Below, piece after piece: positions 26,373-38,659 of a DNA stretch of 64,000 bases. The stretch is from Asterias rubens (taxonomy: Eukaryota), in the NCBI RefSeq assembly GCF_902459465.1, contig NC_047071.1, forward strand, positions 6,324,001-6,388,000. Reading direction: 5' to 3'. The notes beneath the pieces were generated by a model. That model ran no database searches. It was not told where the DNA came from and saw nothing but the letters and a program-made list of their open reading frames with translations. The position numbers and the translations under genes are program-made. Position 1 is the first letter of the stretch; each line of letters begins with the position of its first letter.

Positions 26373-29300
26373 TCACTTAGTCAAGGTAGTGGTCCGTGTT
26401 GGCTCTTCGTCGGGGACGTCTCTGGTCTTCTGAAGTAGACGTTTGTCCTGGGTAGGAACCAAGAGTACCAACTTGTGAATTGGTCTATCGAGGATAGATG
26501 GAGGGCGCTTACGCCTTCCCTGGCTGTCTCGTTCACCATCTGCCATCAACAGCTTGACGGTCCTCACCTTGTCGTCTTTACTAGGATAAGTATCAATCAC
26601 TCGAGCAAGGGGCCACTGGTTACGGGTTGTGTCGGTCTCCTTGGATATGACAACGTCTCCTTTCTGGATGTTCCGCTCCGGCTTGGTCCACTTCTTGCGT
26701 TCCTGTAGGTTGTGCAAAAACTCTTTCCTCCATCTCACCCAGAACTCGTTAGCCAGATACTGTACTCTTTTCCACCACTTGTGCGAGTACACGTCTTCCT
26801 TCTGGAATCTTCCGGGCGGGGGCAGTACAACCTTCGGCTTCATGGTTAGCAAGTGATTTGGAGTTAGCGGTTCGGGGGCGTCTGGAGAACACAGATTGAC
26901 AGTCGTGAGAGGCCTTAAGTTAATGATGCATTCTATCTCGGTCATAAGGGTTCGGAAGGCTTCATCGTCCAGCTGACTTCCAGACTTCAGGAAAAGAGAT
27001 GAAAGTATACTACGTACCGTGCCTATCTGCCGCTCCCATACACCACCCATGTGGCTCGAGTGCGGAGTGTTCATTTTGAAGGGGATCCATTCACAGTCAG
27101 ACTCCAGGAGGTACTCTCTTACTCTGTTTTGGTCCATGTCTGCTAGTGCATCCTTCAATTCATTACGGGCACCAACGAAGGTAGTTCCTTGATCACAGCG
27201 CAACTGACGGATGGGCCCTCTTCGGCTTTGAAATCTACTCAGGGCGTTGATGAAGGAGCTAGCAGTAAGGGAATTCGCTGTTTCTAGATGGACACTTCGG
27301 GACGCCATACAGGTAAACAGTGCACCCCAGCGTTTCACTTCGCTTCGTCTCTCCCTGATGTAGAATGGACCAAAATAGTCCACAGCACAGTACGAAAACG
27401 GGGGCGCAGGTTGAAGTCGGTCCTCTGGTAGCTCAGCCATTTTCTGCTTCTGCGGAGGTCTACGGAGCTTTCGACATGTTACACATGAAGTGATGTAGCT
27501 TGAAACTGCTGCTGATCCGCCGATTACCCAGTACCCTCTCTGGCGCATCTCGTTGTGTGTAGTACATCTATCCATGTGATGCACTTTCTCATGGTGATGC
27601 CTTATCACTAACTCAGTGATGTGATCTTTGCGAGGCAAGATGACTGGATGTTTCAACTCTGATGACACATTGGCTCTTTCAATCCGTCCACCTACTCGAA
27701 TCAAACCAGCATCGTCAAGGAATGGGTCAAGTCTGAAAAGAGAACTAGTCGCTTTGAGACTCTGGTTACGTTTCCGAGCTAACTCTCTCGTTGTGAACTC
27801 TCCTCTTGTTCCGAGCTGTTGGAGAATTTCAACTTCATTCTTGAAGTGCTCATACTGGACTTTTTTTGAGAATTTCTATCTCTGCTTTCTTCATCTCAGA
27901 CACCTGGATGATTACTCTCGGTGATGGATGAATGTCAACCACCTTATACAAACCTTGGGGATTTCTTTGGTGAAGCCTCGTCTTGAACTTCAGACATATA
28001 GCAACAGCCTTCTTTGCACGATGCCAACTGGAGAACCGATCAAATCGTGACTTCTCAAAATGGTCAGGGAACTTGTTGTTTGCATCCAAAACACGGGTCG
28101 CGTAGACTACAGCTTTCTTCACCTCGGGATCTGTCTCATCGAGCTTTGGCATTTGTACTTGTGGGCTTTTGTGGGCACCACCTTGATGAAGAAACTCCGG
28201 TCCAGTCAACCAACTAGATTTATTCACCAACTGTTCAGCAGTCAAACCACGGGAAGCTTCATCGGCAGGATTGCATTGTGTGTCAACGTACTGCCAGGAA
28301 CTTGGGTCGGTTGCGTTGCGAATTTGCTGTACGTGGTTTGCAACATACACGTGGAACCTCTTGGATTCATTGGTCACATATCCCAGAACAATTTTGCTAT
28401 CAGTCCAGAAGAACTCCTTCATGTTCTGATAAGAAAGCTCGGCTCGTAAAAACTCACTTGTTTTTGCAGACATGGTTGCTGCAGCCAATTCCAGTCTTGG
28501 GATGGTCACATGCTTCAGTGGGGTCACCCTTGCTTTTCCCATGACGAAGGAGCAATGAACGTTTCCAGTTTCATTCACAAGACGGAGATAGGAACATTGG
28601 CCGTATCCTTCCTCGCTAGCATCGGAGAAGTGATGAAGTTCGGCAACCATGATACTACCAAAGTTTTCTGGCTTGAAGGATCGTTGTATCTTCAAGTGTT
28701 CAAGGTGAACACACTCAAGACGCCATTTCTCCCACTGCGGACGAAGACTCTCTGGGATTGGGTTGTCCCATCCAAGCTTATCACGGCACATCTGCTGAAG
28801 AATCTGCTTACCCTTCAATGTCACGGGTGCTACATAGCCATTGGGGTCGTAGATCGAGCTGACTGTCGAAAGAATACCACGACGAGTGAAGGGGCGATCT
28901 CGTAATTCTATACGAAACTGGAAAGTGTCGCTTTCAACGCACCATGTGACTCCAAGTACTCGCTCTAGAGGGAGTGGATCTACATGAAGATCAAGATCTT
29001 TAACTCCAGTTGTTCTTTCATCAGCGGGAACAGATTCAAGCACTTCCTTCTTTATTGGACAGAAGTTTGTGCAGCTTCAACCCTGCACTTGCACATAGAC
29101 TTTTGCTGGCTTGGATCAGGTCGATTGCTTCCTTCACTGTGGCTACTGACTTCAGGCCGTCGTCAACATAGAAGTCGTTTCTGATGAAGTTGGCAGACTG
29201 CTGCCCAAACTCTTCTTCACCATCATCGGCTGCTCGCTTGAGACCAAAGTTTGCACAACCAGGGGAACTGACTGCACCAAACAGATGAACTTTCATCCGG

Positions 29301-29791
29301 TAGTCTACAACCTTGTTATTTGGGTCACCATCTTTCCACCACAGGAATCGAAGGAGATCTCGATTATCTTCGGATACGAAGAACTGATGGAACATTCCTT
29401 TGATGTCAGTCATGATGGCTACTTCTTCCTGGCGGAATCTACACAAGATGCCCACCCAGCCGTTCATCAAGTCAGGACCTTGCATCAAGTGGTCATTGAG
29501 GGAAACTCCCTTGTACTGAGCAGAACAATCAAAAACTACACGGATTTTGTCTGGTTTCTTAGGGTGGTACACACCTGTATGAGGAACGTAGTTCACCTTG
29601 CCGTCTCGAACCTCAAGACGTTCAGTAGGGACTTGCTCAGCACAATTTTGAATGACGTCCTTCATGAAAACACAGTAATCGTCAAAGAACTTTGGTCGTT
29701 TCTTGAATCTTGCTGTTAGCTGCTGCCATCGTTTCTCAGCTAGCGCTCTGTTGTAGGGAAGGGACACATGTTGTTTCAGGGGTAGAGGCAT
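26373..29791 (-). pseudogene. BEL/Pao pol (RT, RNase H, integrase) broken by two frameshifts
   Basis: RT KIRVVFDCSA, DIKGMFHQ, FYVDDGL; RH HHFSDASEEGYG, FWTDSKIVL, NPADEASRG; IN HHCC zinc finger, DYFGP, CDQGTTFVGA, WERQIG; frame changes near 29040 and 27860. Confidence 0.92.
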
Positions 29792-29794
29792 CTC

Positions 29795-32257
29795 TTAGTG
29801 GCCATCCGGTTTCTTTGTGATTCCAGTCTCGAGAATTCTAATGAAGTTCGCATCTTCCACTGAGTATGGCTTGTGTTTGGTGCTCATCTGGAAATCTGAC
29901 TCCAGTACTCGCAGAACTTTCTCAGCATCAAACACTTCTTTGACTTTTGTGCCATACACAAAGTGAGGGTAAGCTTCAGCCGAGAACATCTTGTTGCAGA
30001 CAGCATCATCTTTTACTCGAGGAGATCTACACATCTGACCAATTACACCCCAGCCTAAAAGTGATTTCTGACCATACGGGTCGTCCTCTCCTCCCGCGAT
30101 GATTTCTCTGGGACGGAGTACTCTGGGGCAGTTGCTGCCTATCAGCAGGGAAATCTTCATACTTGGATCATACGGCATCAGTTTCTGGGCTATAGGCTCA
30201 AGATGGCGCCACTGCATGACTACATCAGGCTTAGGAATTTGGGAACATTTGGCAGGGATTTCGTCACGCTTGAAACAGACAGGGAGGTCAACAGCATGTT
30301 CTCTGGCGATGTCAAGAACTTCTAAACTGAGGATTCGGTTGCTTGTGATGCATGCGTTTCGCTCTTGCATCGTCGTCAGAAGAAGCTGAGTCTCTGGCCC
30401 TTGAACATCAAGACGATCACAAAGACTCTCGCTCACGAAACAGCTATTGGACTGATCATCAAGAACTGCGTACTCTATGGACTCTTTACTTGGGTTGTTC
30501 TTGGTTCGAACTATCACCGGGATGATCATGCAGTGGTCACCTTCACCATTCTGATGAGGACTGGCACAAACTTTTGTGCAATGTGACGTACTTTCGTCCT
30601 TAGCGACCTTCGCTTCCTCATCTTGAGATTTCACCGGCTGTTGTCTCGTGTCGTTGCGATGGAGACTGGTCAAGTGACTACCAGAACATGTTTCACATTT
30701 ACGTCGGTCCTTACACTCTCTAACTTGATGCTCATCACTGGACGCACAGCCCATACATAACCGTCTCTGGAAGAAGAACGTCTTTCTGTCCTTGTAGTGT
30801 TTCCTCCTGAATGATTTGCATTTCTCAATGTGATGATCTCCATCACAAAACACACATGGGCCTGCAGCACTCTTGGATGGCTTACTAGAGGGACGTTCGC
30901 TATCGGTTGTTGTCGTGGAGAAAGACTTAGCACTCTGACCCTTTGATGGTCTGCTGGGGGGACTGGTCTGGCTAGTCGACTTGGGGGGGTCCTTGCTCCT
31001 TGTGATGGCCTCGGGCTCTGGCATGTTAGCTCGATCAGCTGCTCTGCGGACGAAGGAAGCAAACTCCGAGAATGGGGGGTAGGTACCTGGTCCTTCTTTA
31101 AACCTCCACCTTTCGATACTGTCTCTCCACTTGGAGTCCAGATGATGGGGCAACTTCTCAACAAGTTTGGCGTTTTCTTTGGGAAAATCCAAAATACCAA
31201 GGCTCGGTATCGTAAGTCTAGCGGCACTGACCTTGTCCAGGAAATCTGAGAAGTCTCTCAAAGCCACGGCATCTCTTGGGGGTATCCTGCTCCACTTCTC
31301 CAACTTTGTCGTGAAAGCACAACTGATGACACTTGTGTTGCCATATTTATCGGCAAGCACATCTTTAGCCTTTTGATACGCCTCCTCGGTTCCAATCAGC
31401 ATGTAGTGCTCGACGACTTGTCTCGGTTTTCCCGCTACGTACTGGTTCAAATAATTTAGCTTGGTGTCCACGTCTAGTGGCTTTGAGTCGATGAGGGCGT
31501 TGAAGGCGTTCTGCCATAGTGGATAGTGAAGTGGCTCTCCCACGAACACCGAAACATTAATTTTTGGAAGTTGGCTTGAGACCGCAAGTCGCTTGTTTAC
31601 TTCACCTTGCTGGATACTCTTCTCAGCTAGCTGGGTAATTACTCTCTCAAGTGACGAGGCTATCTTGGTCCACCCATCCTGCGGAGTGTGATGTTGGATT
31701 GTTGAGCTGTTAGTGACTAACGTCGCATCATGATAAGGGAATTGTTGAATCATGTCGAAGGGCTCTGCAAAGGGGTTCAGTGAAATGTTCGGAACTGGTG
31801 CTGGGCTTTCACTTGCAGGAACGGGGTCAGCATTCTCTGCGTCAAGGAACTTCCTCAGATTATGACTGGTATCAACCGGCACATCAATAAGCTCAGATCG
31901 GCAAGATGCAGCTTCTTCAAATTGAGTGAAAACATCTGCAGCAGCACGGTTCTCTGCCAGTTGCCTCTCCATTTCAAATTTCTCCCTCCTCAACTCACGC
32001 TCTATTTTCTCCACTTCAAACTGCTTTTCTTCTTCCAGCTCACGAAGCTTTAGAAACTTTTCCTTTTCTGCGAATTCAAGCTTAACTTTGAGTTCGGCTT
32101 CCTGTCTAACGAGCTCCATCTTTGCAGACCTAGCCGAGGCTGATGTTGATTGTGTACGGGAACTTCCATGTGATCGTGATGATCTGATTGACTTTGAACT
32201 TGATTGTTTCGGAAAACACACCTCCGATGATGAGTCATTTGAACGTGACTGTGACAT
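29795..32257 (-). CDS. BEL/Pao gag-protease part of the polyprotein
   Basis: 820 aa; three Cys/His knuckles (CVFCDGDHHIEKC, CMGCASSDEHQVREC, CETCSGSHLTSLH); protease motif AVLDDQSNSCF; ends at a premature TAA in GH*EMPLP. Confidence 0.9.
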   Translation of the reverse strand: MSQSRSNDSSSEVCFPKQSSSKSIRSSRSHGSSRTQSTSASARSAKMELVRQEAELKVKLEFAEKEKFLKLRELEEEKQFEVEKIERELRREKFEMERQLAENRAAADVFTQFEEAASCRSELIDVPVDTSHNLRKFLDAENADPVPASESPAPVPNISLNPFAEPFDMIQQFPYHDATLVTNSSTIQHHTPQDGWTKIASSLERVITQLAEKSIQQGEVNKRLAVSSQLPKINVSVFVGEPLHYPLWQNAFNALIDSKPLDVDTKLNYLNQYVAGKPRQVVEHYMLIGTEEAYQKAKDVLADKYGNTSVISCAFTTKLEKWSRIPPRDAVALRDFSDFLDKVSAARLTIPSLGILDFPKENAKLVEKLPHHLDSKWRDSIERWRFKEGPGTYPPFSEFASFVRRAADRANMPEPEAITRSKDPPKSTSQTSPPSRPSKGQSAKSFSTTTTDSERPSSKPSKSAAGPCVFCDGDHHIEKCKSFRRKHYKDRKTFFFQRRLCMGCASSDEHQVRECKDRRKCETCSGSHLTSLHRNDTRQQPVKSQDEEAKVAKDESTSHCTKVCASPHQNGEGDHCMIIPVIVRTKNNPSKESIEYAVLDDQSNSCFVSESLCDRLDVQGPETQLLLTTMQERNACITSNRILSLEVLDIAREHAVDLPVCFKRDEIPAKCSQIPKPDVVMQWRHLEPIAQKLMPYDPSMKISLLIGSNCPRVLRPREIIAGGEDDPYGQKSLLGWGVIGQMCRSPRVKDDAVCNKMFSAEAYPHFVYGTKVKEVFDAEKVLRVLESDFQMSTKHKPYSVEDANFIRILETGITKKPDGH

Positions 32258-32295
32258 GATGTAACTAGTTATCCACTAGTAATGTTCGATTGTAT

Positions 32296-33033
32296 TGTGG
32301 CTGCCTTGGCATTTACTTAAACACCAAGGAGTTTCGTCATACTTTTAAAGTCTGTACAGTCCAAAGGATTAAGTATTCATAACCAAACAACGTAACTGAA
32401 GCAAATGAAGACACTTGTCAAACTGAAGCTTGTGTTGCAATGGTCAAGATACAATCTGTAATTTAATGCCAAACATAAACAATAATAAGATACATGGAAA
32501 TACATGAACTGGCATTTAACAATAGAAATGTGTACAAATGTAAACTTTGTCAAGAACAAGATCATAATAAAGTGTTGAAACAGACTGCAAAACTTTGTCT
32601 AAAAACTCTGATTTTGCCTTGTAAACTGTAAGTCAAACTGTTGCAGAATATAAAGAGAAAAATATGCTTACCGAATTGGGCTTTCTACACTGGATGAAAT
32701 TATAGAGAACTTGAGAAATACTTCTGAAAAGCTGGAACTATCATGTTAAAAACAACCACAAGTAACGTAAAAAGGCTGCACAATGGAATGCTGTGGGACA
32801 AGCATGGGCTGCATGGGCTGCATGGGCTGCATGTAACATAACACACACATGTACTCTGTGTGGGGCTATGGGGGACGTTGACCTCATTAGCATACACAGG
32901 ATGACCTTAATGCACTGTCACTAGGCTACTTGGCTTAAAGGTCATGCACTGCAAAATGGGTACATATTAAATACAACTTAAAGGTAATACACATGAGTAA
33001 GCGTAACTCACTGCACAAACTGCTGCAGTGACA
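32296..33033 (-). repeat. BEL/Pao 5' LTR
   Basis: 738 bp direct repeat of 25536-26273. Confidence 0.95.
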
Positions 33034-33251
33034 ATTGACAAGTTACAATTAACTTGCAATGGATAATGCAATAAACGTTTTTGTTGTTTAAGCCTAATCT
33101 CCTTAACCATAACGTCAAAATAGTTAAATCATAAAAAATCAAATTGAAGCTTGCAACTAGCTTAATTGCTAATGTAAAATTTTAAAAAATTCTTAATTAA
33201 TTTACCACATTACCCTCATTTGCATATTTAATTGGGAAATCTTTGTAACAC

Positions 33252-33790
33252 CATATCTCAAGAAGTACAGAGCCGATTTTTAACATGCTTGTAGTTATAG
33301 ACTCCTTGGGGATTTGAGATTAATTTGGGAAAACCCCGACCCACGTGACCCTCATTTGCATATTTAGTTGGGAAATCTTCGTAACACCATATCTCAAGAA
33401 GTACAGGGCCGATTTTTAACATGCTTGTAGTTATAGACTCCTTGGGGATTTGAGATTAATTTGGGAAAACCCCGACCTCAAGTTGACCTCTACTTTTGGT
33501 CAACCGGAAGTGGGACCATATCTCAAGAAGTTAATGGCTGATTTTTAGACTGTTTGTAGTTACAGACTCCTTGGGGATTGGAGATTAATTATTAAAAAAG
33601 CGTGACCTCAAGTTGACCTCTACTTCCGGGTCAACAGGAAGTGGGACCTTATCTCAAGAACTACACAACCAATTTTCAAACTTTCTTTCAGTTTGAGACT
33701 CCCTGGGCGTTGGAGATTACCCTTAGGTTACCGTGACCCCATGTTGACCTCTACCTGTGGCACCATAACGCAAGACACTATACAACATTT
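33252..33790. repeat. ~130-bp tandem array (4 units plus a partial) inside element A
   Basis: cc(a/t)tatctcaagaa recurs at about 33252, 33388, 33516 and 33647, each followed by gttatagactccttgggg-type sequence. Confidence 0.85.
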
Positions 33791-34391
33791 TTCCAACTTT
33801 TTTTCAGTTATAGACTCCTTGGTCATTTTAGCACATAATCCAAGCAAAAGAACACGGAACAGCTTTGTGTTTGTTCACTAACACCTAATGTCTAGTTTTC
33901 AGATATGTTTTCAAATAAAGTTGAAGTTTTTGGAATACAAAAAGTGTGAAATTTTTTTGAATAAAAAAAGAAGATAGACTCAAACATTTACATCTGGATT
34001 TAAAAGAAACAAACTCAAATTAAAATCAAATTTTTTCAAAAATAATTTGTTTAAACAAAATTCAAACTCTCTGTGACTGGTTCCACTTGAATTAGCTGAA
34101 ACAATGAAAAACATAAATGATGATTACTCCTGATTGCAATCATGTACCGACTTGAAGTCAAATATTGCTTCTTATATGTAGATTCATATGAAAAGATAAA
34201 ACTCAAAGAATTAATCACTGGTTTCAGTTGAATGAGCTAAAACGATGAATCATTTTCATAGACATAACTCCTTATTTCAATGATGAACTGACTCAAAACT
34301 ATTGCTTTTTACTTAAAAGATTCTTTAGAAAAGACAAACCTCTAAGAGTGCATCACTGGTTCCAGTTGAATGAGCTGAAACAAGTAAAACC

Positions 34392-34746
34392 TTAACGGCA
34401 GTGGACACTATTGGTAATTGTCAAAGACCAGTCTTCTCACTTGGTGTGTCTCAACATATACATAAAATAAGAAACCTGTCAAAATTTGATCGTCGAAATT
34501 GCGAGATAATAAAGAAAGAAAAGACAACCTTGTCACACAAAGTTGTGTGCTTTCAGATGCAAGTTGATTTCGAGACCTCATCTAAATTTTAGGTAAATTA
34601 CTTCTTTCTCCAAAACTACGTTACTTCAGAGGGAGCTGTTTCTCACAGTGTTTTATACTATCATTCCTCCCCATTACTCGTAATCAAGAAAGGTTTGATG
34701 ATAATAATTATTTTGAGTAATTACCAATAGTGTCCACTGCCTTTAA
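34392..34746. mobile_element. Kolobok-like MITE with TTAA TSD
   Basis: ttaa-cggcagtggacactattggtaatt ... aattaccaatagtgtccactgcct-ttaa; neighbouring array units show the empty site aaaaccTTAAatggtcataactcc. Confidence 0.88.
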
Positions 34747-34829
34747 ATGGTCATAACTCCTTACTGCAATGATGTTTTGACTTTAAACTTAAGTCCAATA
34801 TTGTTTCTTACTTGGAGATTTATTATAAA

Positions 34830-35358
34830 CTAGCAGGATGCCGCGCGTAAACTAGCAGGATGCCGCGCTTCGCGCGGCAACCCCGGTAGAAAGCTGCAAG
34901 TGTAGCGTTGTGTACAGGGGAGGGTTTAAAGTGGCTGGGCAGGGTCACAATACAAATCACTTTGGCAAACCACCGATCCAAAGTTAAGACGAGTCATTAA
35001 AGTTGTTGTTGATGGAAAAGGGATAGTTTAAGGTAAAAATTCAGATCTCAAATCCTCCTAAAAAAAGCAATTTTAAGGGCTTCGTTTTCTTTTTTTTCTT
35101 TTTGTTTGAAAATTTTGTGTATAAATACATGCAGGCTAGTGAAAAAACCTGCGGGCGATCGAAAAAAAAAGTTAAGGGAAACCCATGCAAAGTTACTACA
35201 CGCTCGCGCGTTCATCCCCCAACCCACGGGTACCCGAAATTTACACCAGGACGCATGATTTTAGCAGGGTGCAGGCACCACTTGACATTAAAACAACATG
35301 GCGGCGCCCAAACAACAATGGCAGCGCCCATGTGTTTTAAGCGCTATTATAGTATAGA
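34830..35358 (-). mobile_element. non-autonomous Helitron (~530 bp) with duplicated 3' terminus
   Basis: Minus strand: A|TCTATACTATAATAG 5' end, gccgcgc-gaa-gcgcggc hairpin, CTAG|T 3' end, no TSD; CTAG at both 34852 and 34830. Confidence 0.82.
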
Positions 35359-35748
35359 TTAGAAGATAAAACTTTAAGAATGAAAACTTGAATAGGCATA
35401 ACTCCTTATTTCCATGATGTACTGACTTGAAACTTAAATAAAATATTGCTTTTTACATAAAGATGCATATGAGACGATAAAACTCAAAGAGTATATCACT
35501 GAAGAGTGCAAAACTTTAATCAAATATTGTTGCTTACACCAATATAATATGAAAAGATAAAACTCAAAGATCACTGGTTCCAGTTGAATAAGCTAAAGCA
35601 ATGAAAACCTTAAATGGTCATACTTCATATTTGTTTATGTCCCCACCCCTTTTAGCGTCAAATGATCAAATGATTGGTTTTTCTGTCAGTCTATCTAGTA
35701 ATCGGCAGCTCGCCATTGCAGCTTCGCTGTTCTGGTTATAAAATATAA

Positions 35749-36742
35749 TTAGCTGTTTCGTAGTGCAGCGAAACAGCTCTTGTTTTTTTGTAAAGTTTTT
35801 TTTTAAATTATTTTATATTTTATTTGTCATGTTCAGTAGATGTGATTGTTTGCATGGTTCCTAAATAGCAATTGCAATGAAACTTTCAAGGTTGGAAGGT
35901 TACAGTGCATTAATGATCTTTAATGATGTCATGGTGACATCTTCACCGGTCCTGTGACGTGATCTTAAAGGTGTTTTATGTTAAATGTTTGAAAATCTAT
36001 ATCAAATCAGCCAAAATAGACTGTAGGTTTATGTTGGAGGGGATTGGGTAGGGATAAATTAGGTCTTCATTTTGTTTTGTGTGCGTGACCTCACATGACC
36101 TCTACTTCCGGTCGAAATGGGCCAAAAACGGAAGTGCCCTGTAGTTCAAAAGTGGTAAAAGTTATGTAGTTGCTTTCCAAGGACGTAAGTGTCTAGCAAG
36201 GGTGGGCAGTTCAAAAAAATACTAATGACGCCACAAATTGCAACAGCGCCCTCTAGCGGCAGGTTGAAAACTCTTCAAAATGGACTTTTTGAAGATGTCT
36301 GTGGTGAAGTTTTTGTAATCACTTTAGATTTTACACACACGTTAACTGTCAGGCAGCCATCATATGTGTGAAGTTTCAGATCAATGACGTCATCGGGGGT
36401 CACGTGACGCAGCCTTAAAGGTGCACTTTTTGAACTAATATAACTCCCTAAGTAATTATGCGATCATGTTGAAACTTAGTAGGTTGTTGGATATTGGCAA
36501 GTTCTTGTGAATTGTCAAATGACGTCATGATGACTTCATCACATGATTTTTTATGATTTATTGTAAACCTTTAAGTCATAAATTGCTAAACTGAAGCATG
36601 GTATAATCTGATTTGTTGTTAATAGATGGGATATGTCGTAACTGTTATGAATACAAGAAGAATTTAAATTCAGTTGATTAACTTGAAAATGTTATTAACG
36701 AAACAGCTATGCATTTGTGCACAAATGCAATCATGTCTAGTT
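35749..36742 (+). mobile_element. complete ~1-kb HINE-like element D
   Basis: subTIR tagctgtttc (35750) / gaaacagcta (36700), perfect palindrome tgcatttgtgcacaaatgca (36710-36729), then ctagtt. Confidence 0.75.
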
Positions 36743-37759
36743 ATTCTTGTTTTCTGATGGTCATTGCACCATTGTCTTTCCTCACTGAAAAGTTCATTGC
36801 AATTGCTCTTTAGGAATTATGCAAGAGGTTGTGAAGAACAAATCGTACATTAATCCAACAACTTCCGGTAGGCTGAAACAGAAAAAAAAAGAAAAAAAAT
36901 GAAAACAAGAGCTAGGAGTCATTATAAATATAAATATGAATAGAAAACAAGAGCTGTTTTGCTGCGTTGGCTTTGAAACAGCTTATTAAAAAAAAAATTA
37001 CCAAAACTTTAATAAAAAGGAACAAATTTAACAAAACAAAACAAAACAATAGCTTTTGCCAGCTAAGCTGCGCTTGCTGGAACAGTTTATAAAGATTAGG
37101 TGCAAGAAGGCAAACTTGCTCTTTAAAATCACCTTTAATTTTCACAATTTGCGAAGCAGGACACAGTATTATTTTAAAAGACAACCAAGTTTTATGTGCC
37201 TAAAGATGACATTGAGACAATGACATGCCTTAAAAATTATAAGGGTATTTTGACAAATATTTGTTTGAAACTTGTCGTTGTCCCATAAGGTTTTAAACCA
37301 CTGTGCTGTAAATATCTTTTGATCCTTCACATTGAGTGGTAGATACACAACTGAAACAAAGTGAGGTTTGTATAACCATGGAGGCTATTTTCTTCCTCCA
37401 TGGTATAGCTGAGACTCGTCTATGGACATGTTGGTTAAAATGAATTTTGTCTGGTTAAGTTTTTCGCACTTTTCCGGCAATGTCGACCAGGTGTTGCTGC
37501 TGGATGCAGCAAATAGTTGTTTTGCTGCATCCAGCAGCAACACCTGGTCGACATTGTCGGAAAAATGCGAAAAACTTTTTCGAAACGTGCAAACTCACGA
37601 CTAGGACTTGAATGTACTTGCACGTACTCGAGGCAAAGTCTGCCTCGATTGACGTCACAAAAGGGGTAGGCGGAGTCACCCCCTCACAACTTTTTAGGTG
37701 TTTCGTTTGTATTTTTTATGTATTTTTTTTATTGATACTTCTTTTTCTCTACATCCCTT

Positions 37760-38410
37760 GTCCACTAACGAAACATCTTTTCAAAGATCGAATGAACTTG
37801 AAACTTCACACATAGTTTAAGTTACATCCATTCTTGAGTTATGAAAATTCAAAGTTTATTATTTCAAAAAATCATAACTTTTGATCTACATGATGGATTC
37901 TTACAATCGATACACCATCTGAAAGGTCTTAAAAAACTTAGTAAACGCCTTGCAGACATGACCCCATTTTGACCTTGTCTTCTAGTTAAATTCAGATTTT
38001 GTGTAAATTTCCATCAAAAATAATTTTTTTGTTGCGACTACAACCATATTACGTTGATTACTATGGTTCTCGTCCGATCACTGAAGTTAAGTTTTTTTTG
38101 GTACTAGAAATAGCTTTGCTTAAGCCTGTTTTCAAGGCTTTTTCAACAAACATTTCCCTTCCTGTTAGTTAGTCTCTTCTCCAGTCGTCATTATTCATAA
38201 GTTCATATGTCCTCAACCACAATAGCTATTTTGACAATCTATACATCATATGAAAGGGCTTTACATACGTAGTCTGTTTTCAAGGCGTTTTCAACAAACA
38301 TTTCCCTTCCGGTTAGTTAGTCTCTTATCCAGTCCTCATTATTCATCAGTTCCTATTTCCTAAACCACAAAAGCTATTTTGACAATCTATACATTATATG
38401 AAAGGGCTTT
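37760..38410 (-). repeat. inverted copy of the 15880-16320 repeat module, with a ~135-bp tandem duplication
   Basis: Reverse complement of ttgaaataataaactttgaattttcataactcaagaat etc.; aacaaacatttcccttcc...atatgaaagggctttac occurs twice (38140-38270, 38290-38410). Confidence 0.75.
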
Positions 38411-38659
38411 ACGATTGCTTGCTTTGATTGGGACTTATTTTTTATGGTGACTAGTTTAGTGTACACACTTGTGAAACAACCCCTTTCACACATCCGTTCC
38501 CGAACCCCTTGAGTTTGTTTTACAAACTCTAAATTTCTAGTTGTTTACATATTAAGATATAAATCGTTTAAAAAAATTACTCAAAACATTTATGTTATTG
38601 TTCAGAAACATATACTCTAATGTTTGAAGAAGAAAAAAAATTATATTTCCAGGTGACTT

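Larger units (their letters stand above)
25536..33033 (-). mobile_element. full-length BEL/Pao LTR retrotransposon with 5-bp TSD ATTGA
   Basis: Two 738-bp TGT...ACA LTRs; ATTGA at 25531-25535 and 33034-33038; gag-PR-RT-RH-IN order. Confidence 0.97.
34070..35630. repeat. ~140-bp tandem array inside element A, interrupted by a MITE and a Helitron
   Basis: cactggtt(c)cagttgaatgagct.aaac unit at about 34075, 34217, 34354 and 35572. Confidence 0.8.
22937..35737 (+). mobile_element. Helentron-associated (HINE/DINE-1-like) non-autonomous element A, expanded to 12.8 kb by nested insertions
   Basis: 5' subTIR GGCGAGCTGC (22942) followed by ccgtccggcatccgtcc; 3' subTIR GCAGCTCGCC (35705), hairpin cagc-ttc-gctg and ctggtt end; internal tandem arrays. 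That both ends belong to one copy is inference. Confidence 0.6.
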
